From positions 1 through 41,616 of the forward strand of contig JAOZPT010000019.1 in the NCBI GenBank assembly GCA_029932605.1: a DNA stretch of 41,616 nucleotides. Direction: 5' to 3'. The DNA is from Candidatus Zixiibacteriota bacterium. Lineage in GTDB: Bacteria; Zixibacteria; MSB-5A5; UBA10806; 4484-95. Below the pieces are notes generated by a model. That model was not told the origin of the DNA and made no database searches. It saw only the letters and a list, made by a program, of their open reading frames with translations. Shown in pieces: positions 1 to 9,013 of the stretch (position 1 is its first letter; every line of letters begins with the position of its first letter). The position numbers and the translations under genes were made by a program.

Positions 1-101
1 GCTAATTCATTAAAAACTCAGTATAACGATCTTTCAATGTTTTCAAAAGTATTTACTTGTGACAAGACGGACTTGACTTGACAGTTGTATAAAAATGTGG
101 T

Positions 102-138
102 CATCTACCTCTGAGAAAAAACCTCTCAGAGGTAGATG
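102..138. repeat. Perfect 15-bp inverted repeat (REP-like palindrome or terminator)
   Basis: CATCTACCTCTGAGA (102-116), 7-nt loop, TCTCAGAGGTAGATG (124-138); no clear U-tract on either strand. Confidence 0.75.
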
Positions 139-215
139 GTGTCAAATTAAGTCTTGTTTAGTACAATTTAAGGTTTTTATGGTTTTGACTATTTACCTAT
201 ATAAATAACGGTTTA

Positions 216-267
216 GGTAGGACAGGCATTTTTGCCTGTCATGTCAGACATGAATGTCTGACCTACC
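216..267. repeat. GTAG-type REP doublet (two inverted REP hairpins)
   Basis: GTAG-GACAGGCA-tttt-TGCCTGTC (217-240) followed by the inverse copy GTCAGACA-tgaa-TGTCTGAC-CTAC (243-266). Confidence 0.75.
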
Positions 268-306
268 AAGAAACTCAACAATTTTTATATAACGCTTTAT
301 ATTCTC

Positions 307-333
307 TAAATCACTTTATTCATAAGCCGATAA
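307..333 (+). promoter_or_regulatory. sigma28 (FliA) promoter of motAB
   Basis: TAAA-N15-GCCGATAA, exact consensus, ending 31 nt before the motA ATG. Confidence 0.9.
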
Positions 334-364
334 GTTAAACAGGGTTTTCTGCCCGTTTATCATT

Positions 365-1126
365 ATGGATATTGCCACTTTAGGAGGATTAATTGTCGGG
401 GTGGGGGCTGTAATTGTTGCTTTCGTGCTTGAAGGTGGGCACCTGTCTGCCTTGTTTCACGGGCCGGCAATGATAATTGTGATATTTGGCACTTTAGGGG
501 CGGCAACGGTTACCACCTCATATAGAATTTTTGGTAATATCCCCAAGCTTTTGAATATTGCCTTTTTTAGCAGGGCGGTCGATTCTATAAACCTGATTGA
601 TCAAATAGTCAGGTTAGCCGAGAAAGCCCGACGTGAGGGAATACTTGGTCTTGAACGAGATTTAGAAAATCTGAAAAACCCTTTTTTCCACAAGGCAGTG
701 CAACTTGTTGTCGATGGCACTGAGGTTACAATGCTTAGAAATATCCTTGAGACTGAAATGGCTTATATAAACCAGCGCCACAAAACCGGCATATTGTTTT
801 TCCAAAAGTTGGGGGGATTTTCTCCGACGATGGGTATAATAGGCACAGTGCTGGGTTTAATTCATGCCCTTTCTCAAGTAGATGAGGCAAGTAAAATAGC
901 AGGTGCTATTGCAGGTGCTTTTATTGCAACGTTGTGGGGAATTGCTATGGCCAACCTCTGCTATTTGCCGATAAGCGACAAGTTACGTTTCCGCCATCAA
1001 CAGGAAACCAAGACGTTAGAACTGGTGCTTGAGGGAATGATATCGATACAGTCCGGTGAAAATCCCAGAGTTATCCGAAACAAACTTCTTTCGTTTGTTA
1101 ATCCCAATCAACGAAATGAAAAATAA
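365..1126 (+). CDS. motA: Flagellar stator protein MotA
   Basis: TM helices; ARREGILGLE, PTMGIIGTVLGLI and GENPRVI motifs. Confidence 0.96.
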   Translation: MDIATLGGLIVGVGAVIVAFVLEGGHLSALFHGPAMIIVIFGTLGAATVTTSYRIFGNIPKLLNIAFFSRAVDSINLIDQIVRLAEKARREGILGLERDLENLKNPFFHKAVQLVVDGTEVTMLRNILETEMAYINQRHKTGILFFQKLGGFSPTMGIIGTVLGLIHALSQVDEASKIAGAIAGAFIATLWGIAMANLCYLPISDKLRFRHQQETKTLELVLEGMISIQSGENPRVIRNKLLSFVNPNQRNEK

Positions 1127-1137
1127 GTGAGGAGAAG

Positions 1138-1893
1138 TTGCTTTACCGAAGAAGAGACGGTGATGATGACGATGAGGATCTTCAGCGGTGGCTTTTGACT
1201 TACGCCGACCTGATAACTTTGCTATTAGCATTTTTTATAGTGATGTATTCCATGTCGAGAGTTGATGCTGGTAAATTTAAAATGGTTACAGAGGCTTTAA
1301 GCTCCGTTTTGAGGGGTACTGCTGAGTTTACGGCAGGACCAGCAGGGGAGGTTTCATCGGAATTATTCATAAATCGATGTTTGGAAAAAGGTGATTTGCT
1401 TATCCTTAAAAAACAGATTGATGAAATCTCACGGCAACTTGGACTTGGTATGCAGTTAAGTACCGAACTTCAAACACGGGGATTGGTAATTCATATAAGC
1501 GAGACAGCCTTTTTTGATCTAGGTAAGGCGGATTTGAAATATAAGGCGAAAAATATATTAGACCTTATTTCAATACAGCTTTTAAAAGTTCCAAACCATA
1601 TAAGGGTTGAAGGGCATACCGATAATCTTCCTATAAATACACCCAAATTCCCCTCCAATTGGGAACTTTCCACGACAAGGGCTACCGTGTGTTTAAGGTA
1701 TTTGATCGAAAAACATAATTTTCCACCAGAGCGAATTTCAGCTTTGGGTTATGCTAAATACCGTCCTATCGCTTCGAATAATACTGAACAAGGTCGAGCT
1801 AAAAACCGTCGTGTAGATATCGTGGTTTTAGCGCTTGAAGACAGTTTCAAAGAACCAGAGAACTTGTCAGGTGAATCTGTTGAGTTAAAATAG
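1138..1893 (+). CDS. motB: Flagellar stator protein MotB
   Basis: WLLTYADLITLLLAFF TM with conserved Asp; OmpA-like domain (EGHTD, NWELS, NRRV). Confidence 0.96.
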   Translation: MLYRRRDGDDDDEDLQRWLLTYADLITLLLAFFIVMYSMSRVDAGKFKMVTEALSSVLRGTAEFTAGPAGEVSSELFINRCLEKGDLLILKKQIDEISRQLGLGMQLSTELQTRGLVIHISETAFFDLGKADLKYKAKNILDLISIQLLKVPNHIRVEGHTDNLPINTPKFPSNWELSTTRATVCLRYLIEKHNFPPERISALGYAKYRPIASNNTEQGRAKNRRVDIVVLALEDSFKEPENLSGESVELK

Positions 1894-1940
1894 AAAAATT
1901 GCTGATTTGTTCATTTCAAGAATTTTTTTATTTTTCAGGT

Positions 1941-1953
1941 GGAAAATATTTCC
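1941..1953. promoter_or_regulatory. Candidate sigma54 enhancer-binding-protein site
   Basis: GGAAA-ATA-TTTCC palindrome ~100 bp upstream of the -24 box; similar motifs lie upstream of the other two sigma54 promoters. Confidence 0.45.
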
Positions 1954-2049
1954 GTTTTAAATGAAACACTTTTTGCGACCTTGCCTTCTGAATCATTGTA
2001 ACTTTCAGTTTGATACCATGTTATGATAATCAAAGTAATATTGTTTTGA

Positions 2050-2065
2050 TGGCACGAGGCTTGCT
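2050..2065 (+). promoter_or_regulatory. sigma54 promoter of the flgB operon
   Basis: TGGCACGAGGCTTGCT (GG-N10-GC). Confidence 0.9.
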
Positions 2066-2087
2066 TTAAGAATATCTGGGTAGGAGT

Positions 2088-2498
2088 ATGATTTTAAAAA
2101 GCCAGTTGATAGACAAGGCGGGTATTCCATTTTTTAAGAAGTTTCTACACATGACATCCGCCGCCCAGAAACTTACTGCAGCAAATATCGCTAATGTATC
2201 AACACCCGGGTATCGCAGTAAATCGATCAATTTTAAAAAGGAAATGTTATCGGCGTTAAGGAAACAGAAAATTTCTCTTAATGTTACCAGCGATCGACAT
2301 ATTCCTACTTTAGGTAGGCCTAATAAAATCAAGGTGATTACTGATAAGGATAATTCCAATAAATCTGGTTTAAACAATGTTGATATTGAGAAAGAGGTGT
2401 CATCCCTAGCGGAAAATCAAATACTTTATACTTTTGGTACAAAGATGTTAACTCGCAAGTTCAATACTCTAAAGATGGTTATCAGGGGCAGGAGGTAA
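2088..2498 (+). CDS. flgB: Basal-body rod protein FlgB
   Basis: ANIANVSTPGY and NNVDIEKE motifs; GGAG RBS. Confidence 0.95.
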   Translation: MILKSQLIDKAGIPFFKKFLHMTSAAQKLTAANIANVSTPGYRSKSINFKKEMLSALRKQKISLNVTSDRHIPTLGRPNKIKVITDKDNSNKSGLNNVDIEKEVSSLAENQILYTFGTKMLTRKFNTLKMVIRGRR

Positions 2499-2500
2499 AG

Positions 2501-2995
2501 ATGAATGGTATATTTTCTATAATTGATATGGCCGCATCTGGTCTTTCCGCCCAGAGAAAAAAGATAAATGCAATTGCCCAGAATATAGCCAACGTTGAAA
2601 CTACCAAGACTCCTGAGGGTACGCCATATAAACGCCGGCAGGTTGTTTTCGCCGAGGATTCGAAAAAGGCGAGTTTTATTGATACATTTAAAGAATCGGT
2701 AAAAGCTCTATCACGAACACATATAAAGCATCTTCCCAATTCCTCAGCGGTAAGCGGTAAAACAAGTAAAGTTCCCTTTGTATCGGCTGAGGAGAAGGTA
2801 ATTGAACCGGTTGCATTTAAAATGGTTTATGACCCTACTCATCCAGATGCTGATGAAAACGGGTATGTGGAAATGCCTGATATTGATATTATTGCAGAGA
2901 TGGTAGAGATGATGGTTGCATCGAGGGCTTACGAAGCTAACGTAACTGTGGCTCGGTCAGCAAAAGAAATGGCTATGGATGCACTCGATATTTAA
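2501..2995 (+). CDS. flgC: Basal-body rod protein FlgC
   Basis: ASGLSAQR, NIANVETT, YDPTHPDADENGYV, ASRAYEAN. Confidence 0.97.
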   Translation: MNGIFSIIDMAASGLSAQRKKINAIAQNIANVETTKTPEGTPYKRRQVVFAEDSKKASFIDTFKESVKALSRTHIKHLPNSSAVSGKTSKVPFVSAEEKVIEPVAFKMVYDPTHPDADENGYVEMPDIDIIAEMVEMMVASRAYEANVTVARSAKEMAMDALDI

Positions 2996-3016
2996 TTTCG
3001 GTTTAAGGAGTATTTT

Positions 3017-3322
3017 ATGAGGATTGACTCGTTAGGACTTTATACAAACAAAGGATTGATAAAGGACAAAATTCAATCCCAAACTGTGGATAAAGCAAAA
3101 TCTGTAAAAGTCTGGAAACCGACCCGGCTTAAACCAGATCCTGATAGAATGGATGATATAGTACCATCGGCCCTTTTCTCTTCTGCGGAAAGCAACCAGA
3201 TAAGAAAATTATTCGGTAATTTTGATGTTTCAGTTTTGACAAAACAGTATCAAAAAGAGATCAGTTCCAGAGGCCCGGGCAAGGATATTCTCCCGGGTAG
3301 CTTTATTGATGTCGTAGTTTAG
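3017..3322 (+). CDS. Hypothetical flagellar-operon protein
   Basis: AAGGAG RBS; fills the flgC-fliE gap tightly; ends in GSFIDVVV. Confidence 0.75.
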   Translation: MRIDSLGLYTNKGLIKDKIQSQTVDKAKSVKVWKPTRLKPDPDRMDDIVPSALFSSAESNQIRKLFGNFDVSVLTKQYQKEISSRGPGKDILPGSFIDVVV

Positions 3323-3323
3323 T

Positions 3324-3629
3324 ATGACGAAGATTTTACCCGGATATTCAAGACAGATTATACCCGATTTTTCCTCACTTGCTAAAAACAAGCAAGAGGA
3401 TGAAAAGACTTTAAGTTTTCCTGAGGTATTAAAGGAGATGGTGAATAATACTAACGACCTTCAACATAAAGCTGCTGAAATAGCAGAGAAATTCGTCGTT
3501 GGTGAGATATCAGATATACATGAGGTGATGGTAGCTGCTGAAGAAGCCGGGGTTGCTTTGGAGCTGGTCATGGAGATAAGGAATAAATTGATTGAAGCGT
3601 ATCAGGAATTGATGCGTATGCAGGTTTAA
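3324..3629 (+). CDS. fliE: Hook-basal body protein FliE
   Basis: DIHEVMVA, EIRNKLIEAYQELMRMQV C-terminus. Confidence 0.97.
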   Translation: MTKILPGYSRQIIPDFSSLAKNKQEDEKTLSFPEVLKEMVNNTNDLQHKAAEIAEKFVVGEISDIHEVMVAAEEAGVALELVMEIRNKLIEAYQELMRMQV

Positions 3630-3631
3630 TT

Positions 3632-5173
3632 ATGTTAAAAGAATATCTTAATAAGTTGATAGATGTCATTTTCCCTTGGTGGAAAGGTTTGACTTCTTCC
3701 AAGAAGGCTACCTTTATAGGCTTTACTGGATTAACATTGGTAATTATGATATTTCTTTTTGGGCAGATTATGAAGACTCAGTACCAGGTGTTATATCGTA
3801 ATCTTGATGCTGCAGAGTCAGGGGAGGTTATTGACCATTTAAAAGAAGCTAAGATACCATATCGACTTTCCCAGGGAGGAACGGCTATTCTTGTGCCGGG
3901 AAGAAAAATCCAACAGGTTCGGCTTGAATTAGCCTCGGCCGGTTTGCCCCGAAGTGGTTCTGTTGGCTATGAGATATTTGACCAGACAAACCTGGGTATG
4001 ACGGATTTTTTGCAGAAAGTAAACTACCGCCGAGCTCTGGAAGGAGAATTGACAAAAACTATCTCACGTCTAAAAGAAGTGAAATCGGCTCGTGTACATC
4101 TCGTGATCCCCCAACCCAGATTATTTAAAGAGGATAAAAAAGAACCGTCTGCCTCGGTTGTTTTATATCTGAATCGTAATATACCCTTGGCCCAAAGGCA
4201 GGTTGAAGGCATAATTTATCTTGTGGCGTCATCCGTGGAGGGACTTTCACCTGAGAACATAACTATCCTGGATTCTTCGGGAAGATTGTTGTCAAATCGC
4301 CGTGGAGCCAATGGGTTGGCTGTTTTATCTTCAAATCAGCTTGAGGTCAAAAAGAGTATTGAAGGTTATCTTCAGGATAAAGCACAATCGATGCTTGATG
4401 GAGTTCTGGGGGTTAATCGTTCGGTTGTTCGTGTAAATGCGGATTTGAATTTCGACCAGCTTGAGCGCACAACCGAGTTTTACGACCCGGATAATATTTC
4501 GACCAGGTCGGAGGAAATTAGTGAAGAGAAACAATCCGAATCTGAAGGTGTTGATCAAGAAAACAAAAGGGATGTTACAAATACGAAGAAGACTACTGTC
4601 AGGAATTATGAGGTCAATAAAACAATTGAACATCTGGTGAATCAGGTCGGCAATATTACCAGGCTTAATGTGTCGGTTTCGATTGATGGCACTTACAAGA
4701 TGGTAGAGGGTCCTGATGGTAAGGTTGTACGCCAGTTTGTTTCCAGGCCCCAAGAAGAGATCGATAAACTTTTAGCACTGGTTAAAGGAGCGGTCGGATT
4801 TTCAGAAAAGAGAAATGATGTAATCGAGGTCGTCAATATACCTTTTGAGACATTTCAGAATGTTTGGGAAGAAGACCAAAGGTTAAAACGTGAGGAGATG
4901 ATAAAATATTGGATGAAGATTGGTTTACGGATTCTTCTTCTCATTGCGGTGGTATTGATTCTTTTGAAATTGCGTAAGAAATATGCTGATTGGAGTAAAA
5001 GATACCAGGCGCGTAGGCGTTTTCTGGATGCTCAGGCTGAGGTCCAGAGAAAAGCTGCTGAAATCATTCCCAAAGTATCGAAGGAACCAAAGCTGATTGA
5101 CCATGTTCGCAAGATCGCCGATGATAATCCTGAGGAGATGGCCAAAGTTATAAAAACGATGATGGCGGAGTGA
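3632..5173 (+). CDS. fliF: MS-ring protein FliF
   Basis: Two TMs; VGYEIFD, RALEGEL, ARVHLVIP, ASVVL motifs. Confidence 0.97.
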   Translation: MLKEYLNKLIDVIFPWWKGLTSSKKATFIGFTGLTLVIMIFLFGQIMKTQYQVLYRNLDAAESGEVIDHLKEAKIPYRLSQGGTAILVPGRKIQQVRLELASAGLPRSGSVGYEIFDQTNLGMTDFLQKVNYRRALEGELTKTISRLKEVKSARVHLVIPQPRLFKEDKKEPSASVVLYLNRNIPLAQRQVEGIIYLVASSVEGLSPENITILDSSGRLLSNRRGANGLAVLSSNQLEVKKSIEGYLQDKAQSMLDGVLGVNRSVVRVNADLNFDQLERTTEFYDPDNISTRSEEISEEKQSESEGVDQENKRDVTNTKKTTVRNYEVNKTIEHLVNQVGNITRLNVSVSIDGTYKMVEGPDGKVVRQFVSRPQEEIDKLLALVKGAVGFSEKRNDVIEVVNIPFETFQNVWEEDQRLKREEMIKYWMKIGLRILLLIAVVLILLKLRKKYADWSKRYQARRRFLDAQAEVQRKAAEIIPKVSKEPKLIDHVRKIADDNPEEMAKVIKTMMAE

Positions 5174-5174
5174 T

Positions 5175-6197
5175 ATGGCTCAACAACATAGTATAGATGA
5201 AATAACAGGTGCTCAGAAAGCAGCTATACTGGTAGTAGGTTTGGGAACTGATGTCTCTTCAAAGGTCTTAAAAGAGCTGGCTGAACCCGAAATTGAAAAA
5301 CTCACGATTCAGGTAGCAAACCTCAAGGATATTCCCCCTTCACTTGAAGAGCAGGTTTTAAAAGAGGTTTCAGAATTGATAATGGCCCAGAAATATATAA
5401 ACCAGGGTGGTGCAGAGTATGCCCGTGATATCCTGGAATCGGCATTCGGCAAATCAAGAGCAATGGAGATACTTAAAAGACTAGAAGGATCGTTAAAGGC
5501 TACTGGTTTTGCAATGGTAAAAGATATAGATCCCAAACAGCTGATTAATTTCATTCAGAATGAACATCCACAAACAATTTCTCTCATTCTAACTCAGCTT
5601 TCGCACCAACAAGCTTCACAAATACTTTCGGATTTACCACCTGAACTCCAAGCGGAGGTTTCTTTGAGAATTGCCACAATGGAGAAAATTTCACCTACGA
5701 TAATCAATGAACTTGAGGGCGTATTGGAGGGCCAATTCGAGGAGGCGGGCAGCCGCGATTTATCCCTCTCTGGCGGGACCAAGATGGTCGCTGAAATTTT
5801 AAACCTTATGGATTCCTCTACCGAAAAGGCAATTATGGAATCGATAGAGAACGAAAATCCCGAGCTTGCTGCTGAAATCAAAAACCTGATGTTTATATTT
5901 GAGGATATTCTTCTTTTAGATGACCGTTCTATTCAAAGGGTGTTAAAAGAGGTGGAGACAAAAGAGCTGGCAATTGCTTTAAAAGCTGCCTCGGAAGAGA
6001 TTAAGACAAAGATATTTTCAAATGTCTCCGAGCGTGTAGCTGAAATGATCAGAGAAGAGATTGAGTTCATGGGGCCAATGAGGCTTTCTGATGTAGAAGC
6101 TGCCCAGCAGAAAATTGTTGAAACAGTAAGGCGTCTTCAGGATGAGGGCCAGATTATTATCGCCGGCCGTGGAGGAAAAGAAGAACTTGTTGTATGA
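5175..6197 (+). CDS. fliG: Motor switch protein FliG
   Basis: QKAAIL, EHPQTI, MFIFED, DVEAAQQKIV. Confidence 0.97.
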   Translation: MAQQHSIDEITGAQKAAILVVGLGTDVSSKVLKELAEPEIEKLTIQVANLKDIPPSLEEQVLKEVSELIMAQKYINQGGAEYARDILESAFGKSRAMEILKRLEGSLKATGFAMVKDIDPKQLINFIQNEHPQTISLILTQLSHQQASQILSDLPPELQAEVSLRIATMEKISPTIINELEGVLEGQFEEAGSRDLSLSGGTKMVAEILNLMDSSTEKAIMESIENENPELAAEIKNLMFIFEDILLLDDRSIQRVLKEVETKELAIALKAASEEIKTKIFSNVSERVAEMIREEIEFMGPMRLSDVEAAQQKIVETVRRLQDEGQIIIAGRGGKEELVV

Positions 6198-7011
6198 TAA
6201 AATAATAAGGAAATATAAGTATATAGACGAAGATAATGCTACTGTTGGTAAGATAGGTAAGATTTTTAAAGAAGGTAAATTTAAAGAACCCGATTTCCCC
6301 TTTTTTAAGTTGCCTAAAAAAATAAACTTAAAAAAAAATAGTCCCTCTCAGGAAGTTACCTCTATTAAGAAAAATGTTAAACATAAAAACGTAAATCATA
6401 CATCTTCTAAAATCCTCACTAATGGAAAGTCGTCAAAAAACATTGATAGGAATAAAGTGATTGTTGATTCACAGGGAGGTGTTGTTTCAGAATCTTTTAA
6501 AGCTCGATTGGAATCTGAGAAGCAAAAATCATACAATCAGGGTTTCCAAGAGGGAAGGCTTAAAGGATTCGCTGAAGGGACTGCAAGAGCAGAGCAGATA
6601 AGCCAGGTTTTTAGCAATGTTATTGATGAACTGAATAAAAAAAGTGATATCTTCTTTGAGGAAATTGAAAAGTGGATGTTAGACCTTAGCGTCCATTTGG
6701 CTGAGAAAATTGTTAGCGAAGCGGCTTCAAGAATGCCGGATGTCGTAAAAGCTAATGTGGATAAATGTCTTGATTTATTGGCCGGTTCCGGTGAGGTAGC
6801 TGTGAAGATAAATCCTGCTGATTATGAAATAGTTAAGGGTTATTTGAATAAATTGGAGAATAGATATGAGGGTAAATTCTCATTCTTGCTCAAACCAGAT
6901 AAAAATATCACCGGTGGTGGTTGTTTGATTGAAATGAATGGCTCGGTAATTGATGGTCGGATTGAGACTCAACTGGCCAAGATAAAACAACAAATGATGA
7001 TGCTTTCCTGA
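6190..7011 (+). CDS. fliH: Flagellar export protein FliH
   Basis: GxxxG repeats (GFQEGRLKGFAEG), INPAD, GGCLIE; lies between fliG and fliI. Start moved from 6142 to TTG 6190 (6187 also possible). Confidence 0.88.
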   Translation: MYDKIIRKYKYIDEDNATVGKIGKIFKEGKFKEPDFPFFKLPKKINLKKNSPSQEVTSIKKNVKHKNVNHTSSKILTNGKSSKNIDRNKVIVDSQGGVVSESFKARLESEKQKSYNQGFQEGRLKGFAEGTARAEQISQVFSNVIDELNKKSDIFFEEIEKWMLDLSVHLAEKIVSEAASRMPDVVKANVDKCLDLLAGSGEVAVKINPADYEIVKGYLNKLENRYEGKFSFLLKPDKNITGGGCLIEMNGSVIDGRIETQLAKIKQQMMMLS

Positions 7012-8348
7012 TGCTCAAGCTTAAGGAAAAAGTAGAAAAGATCAAGGACATAGTAAATTCCGTTCAGACCGTTGACCAGAGCGGAGTGGTAAGCCGTGTT
7101 ATAGGGACAGTTATTGAGGCTACGGGTCCCGCTTTGAAGGTTGGTGACCAGGTTTCAATAGCTACACCTAATGGTTTTGTAGCAGGTGAGGTGGTCGGTT
7201 TTAAAGATGGCAGGATATACCTGATGCCTTTGGGTGAGATGATAGGTATAGGTCCTGGGGCAGTTGTTTTGGCTGGTGGAAATACCCTGATTGCCAGGGT
7301 GGGACCGGAGTTATTGGGTAGAGTTCTGGATGGTCTGGGTAACCCCATCGATGATGGCCCGCCGTTACTGTGCAGGGAAACCCGCCCGTTTATCGGCTCT
7401 TCACCGGCGCCACTGGAAAGGAAAAGAATTACCCAACCGCTTTATACCGGTATAAGAGCAATTGATTGCTTTTTAACCTGCGGACTCGGGCAAAGAATAG
7501 GTATTTTTGCTGGTTCTGGTGTAGGCAAGAGCATTCTTCTGGGAATGATAGCTAAATTATCATCTGCCGATGTCAATATTATTGGACTAGTGGGTGAACG
7601 TGGCCGAGAAGTGCGTGAGTTTTTAGAGAAAGAATTAGGTCCTGAAGGTTTGAAGAAATCGGTGGTTGTGGCTGTAACATCTGATCGTTCGCCACTATTG
7701 CGAATAAAAGGACTAATGCTGGCTACTACTATTGCTGAATATTTCAGAGACCAGGGTAAAAACGTGGCCTTGATGATAGATTCATTAACAAGGGTGGCAA
7801 TGGGACAACGTGAAATAGGCTTGTCGATAGGAGAACCCGCAACAACCAGAGGTTATACACCCTCGGTATTCGCATTATTTCCAAAACTGCTGGAGAGAGC
7901 GGGCCAGTCAAAAAAAGGAAGCATCACAGGATTTTATACTGTGCTGGTCGAGGCCGACGACTTCTCTGAACCGATAAGCGATGCCACCAGAGCTATTCTC
8001 GATGGGCATATTGTCCTTTCGAGAAACCTTGCCTCTAAATATCATTATCCGGCAATTGATATTTTAGAATCTATCAGCAGGTTAATGTCTGATGTCGTAT
8101 CGCCAGAGCACATGGATATCGCCGGTAAGTGCCGTGAAATAATGGCGGTTTATCGTGATGCGGAAGATTTGGTCAATATCGGGGCCTATGTAAAAGGTTC
8201 ATCTCAAAAAATCGACTTTGCGTTGGAGAAAATCGATGCTTTAAATAATTTTTTAAGGCAAAAGGTCGATGAGAAAGCAGATTATAATCAATCGTTAGAG
8301 GTATTAAAACAAATCCTGGCTAAGCCTGTCAAAGATGAAAAAGTTTAA
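7011..8348 (+). CDS. fliI: Flagellar export ATPase FliI
   Basis: Walker A AGSGVGKS, GERGREV, DSLTR, ILDGHIVL. Confidence 0.97.
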   Translation: MLKLKEKVEKIKDIVNSVQTVDQSGVVSRVIGTVIEATGPALKVGDQVSIATPNGFVAGEVVGFKDGRIYLMPLGEMIGIGPGAVVLAGGNTLIARVGPELLGRVLDGLGNPIDDGPPLLCRETRPFIGSSPAPLERKRITQPLYTGIRAIDCFLTCGLGQRIGIFAGSGVGKSILLGMIAKLSSADVNIIGLVGERGREVREFLEKELGPEGLKKSVVVAVTSDRSPLLRIKGLMLATTIAEYFRDQGKNVALMIDSLTRVAMGQREIGLSIGEPATTRGYTPSVFALFPKLLERAGQSKKGSITGFYTVLVEADDFSEPISDATRAILDGHIVLSRNLASKYHYPAIDILESISRLMSDVVSPEHMDIAGKCREIMAVYRDAEDLVNIGAYVKGSSQKIDFALEKIDALNNFLRQKVDEKADYNQSLEVLKQILAKPVKDEKV

Positions 8349-8796
8349 TTTCAGGCTGGAAAAGATTAAAAGATATAAAGAACAACTGGAACAGGATAAA
8401 AAGAGAAAACTGGCAACCCAACAAATCCGCTGTCAGAAAGAGAAAAACAAACTCGCCTCTTTAACATCTAAGCATGATAAGTACTTTTCGTTATACGGCG
8501 TTAGAAAGCCCGGCCGGATAAATATCAATCAATTAATCCTGTCTAAGAGATATATAGATAAGCTTTCCGGTGATATGAAAAATCAGGCCAAGATTGTGTC
8601 ATCGGCTCAGAAAAATGTAGCAGGTGCTCAAAAGGCTTTACTTGAAGCTTCTCGCGAAAAAAAGAAGTATGAAAAACTTAAAAAAAGAAAATTGCAAAGT
8701 TATACGGAAGAATCTAATCGTCTGGAGAATAAAGAGCTTGATGAGTTCAGCTCACGAAGAGACAAAGTCAAGTTTGGTGATGTTCAACATTTTTAA
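8335..8796 (+). CDS. fliJ: Flagellar export protein FliJ
   Basis: MKKFNFRLEK start, coiled coil, ENKELDE end; follows fliI. Confidence 0.92.
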   Translation: MKKFNFRLEKIKRYKEQLEQDKKRKLATQQIRCQKEKNKLASLTSKHDKYFSLYGVRKPGRININQLILSKRYIDKLSGDMKNQAKIVSSAQKNVAGAQKALLEASREKKKYEKLKKRKLQSYTEESNRLENKELDEFSSRRDKVKFGDVQHF

Positions 8797-8960
8797 TGGT
8801 ATTTCCGAGAACTCAATATAATTATAAGACATAGCCTATATTGTTCGTAAGCTTTTTAATTTTTGGAGATAACCTGGATATCTTGATCAGAATTTGTTCC
8901 TGACAGAAGTAGGGGTGCTACATTACCGACAATTAAATTTTTTAATACTCCGTTTATCAA

Positions 8961-8996
8961 TAAAAAAAACCCCCTCCCGATTCGGGGGAGGGGGTT
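8961..8996 (-). terminator. Rho-independent terminator of the giant repeat-protein gene
   Basis: CCCCCTCCC/GGGAGGGGG stem (8970-8994) followed by 8 U on the minus strand, just after the stop at 9014. Confidence 0.9.
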
Positions 8997-9013
8997 AAGA
9001 AGTTCAGGCTCTA

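Noticed and set aside
102..267. Palindromes as a CRISPR array
   Set aside because: No regularly spaced direct repeats with unique spacers; no cas genes
6142..6197. 56-bp fliG/fliH overlap suggesting a frameshift
   Set aside because: Explained by start mis-call; TTG at 6187/6190 gives a normal short overlap
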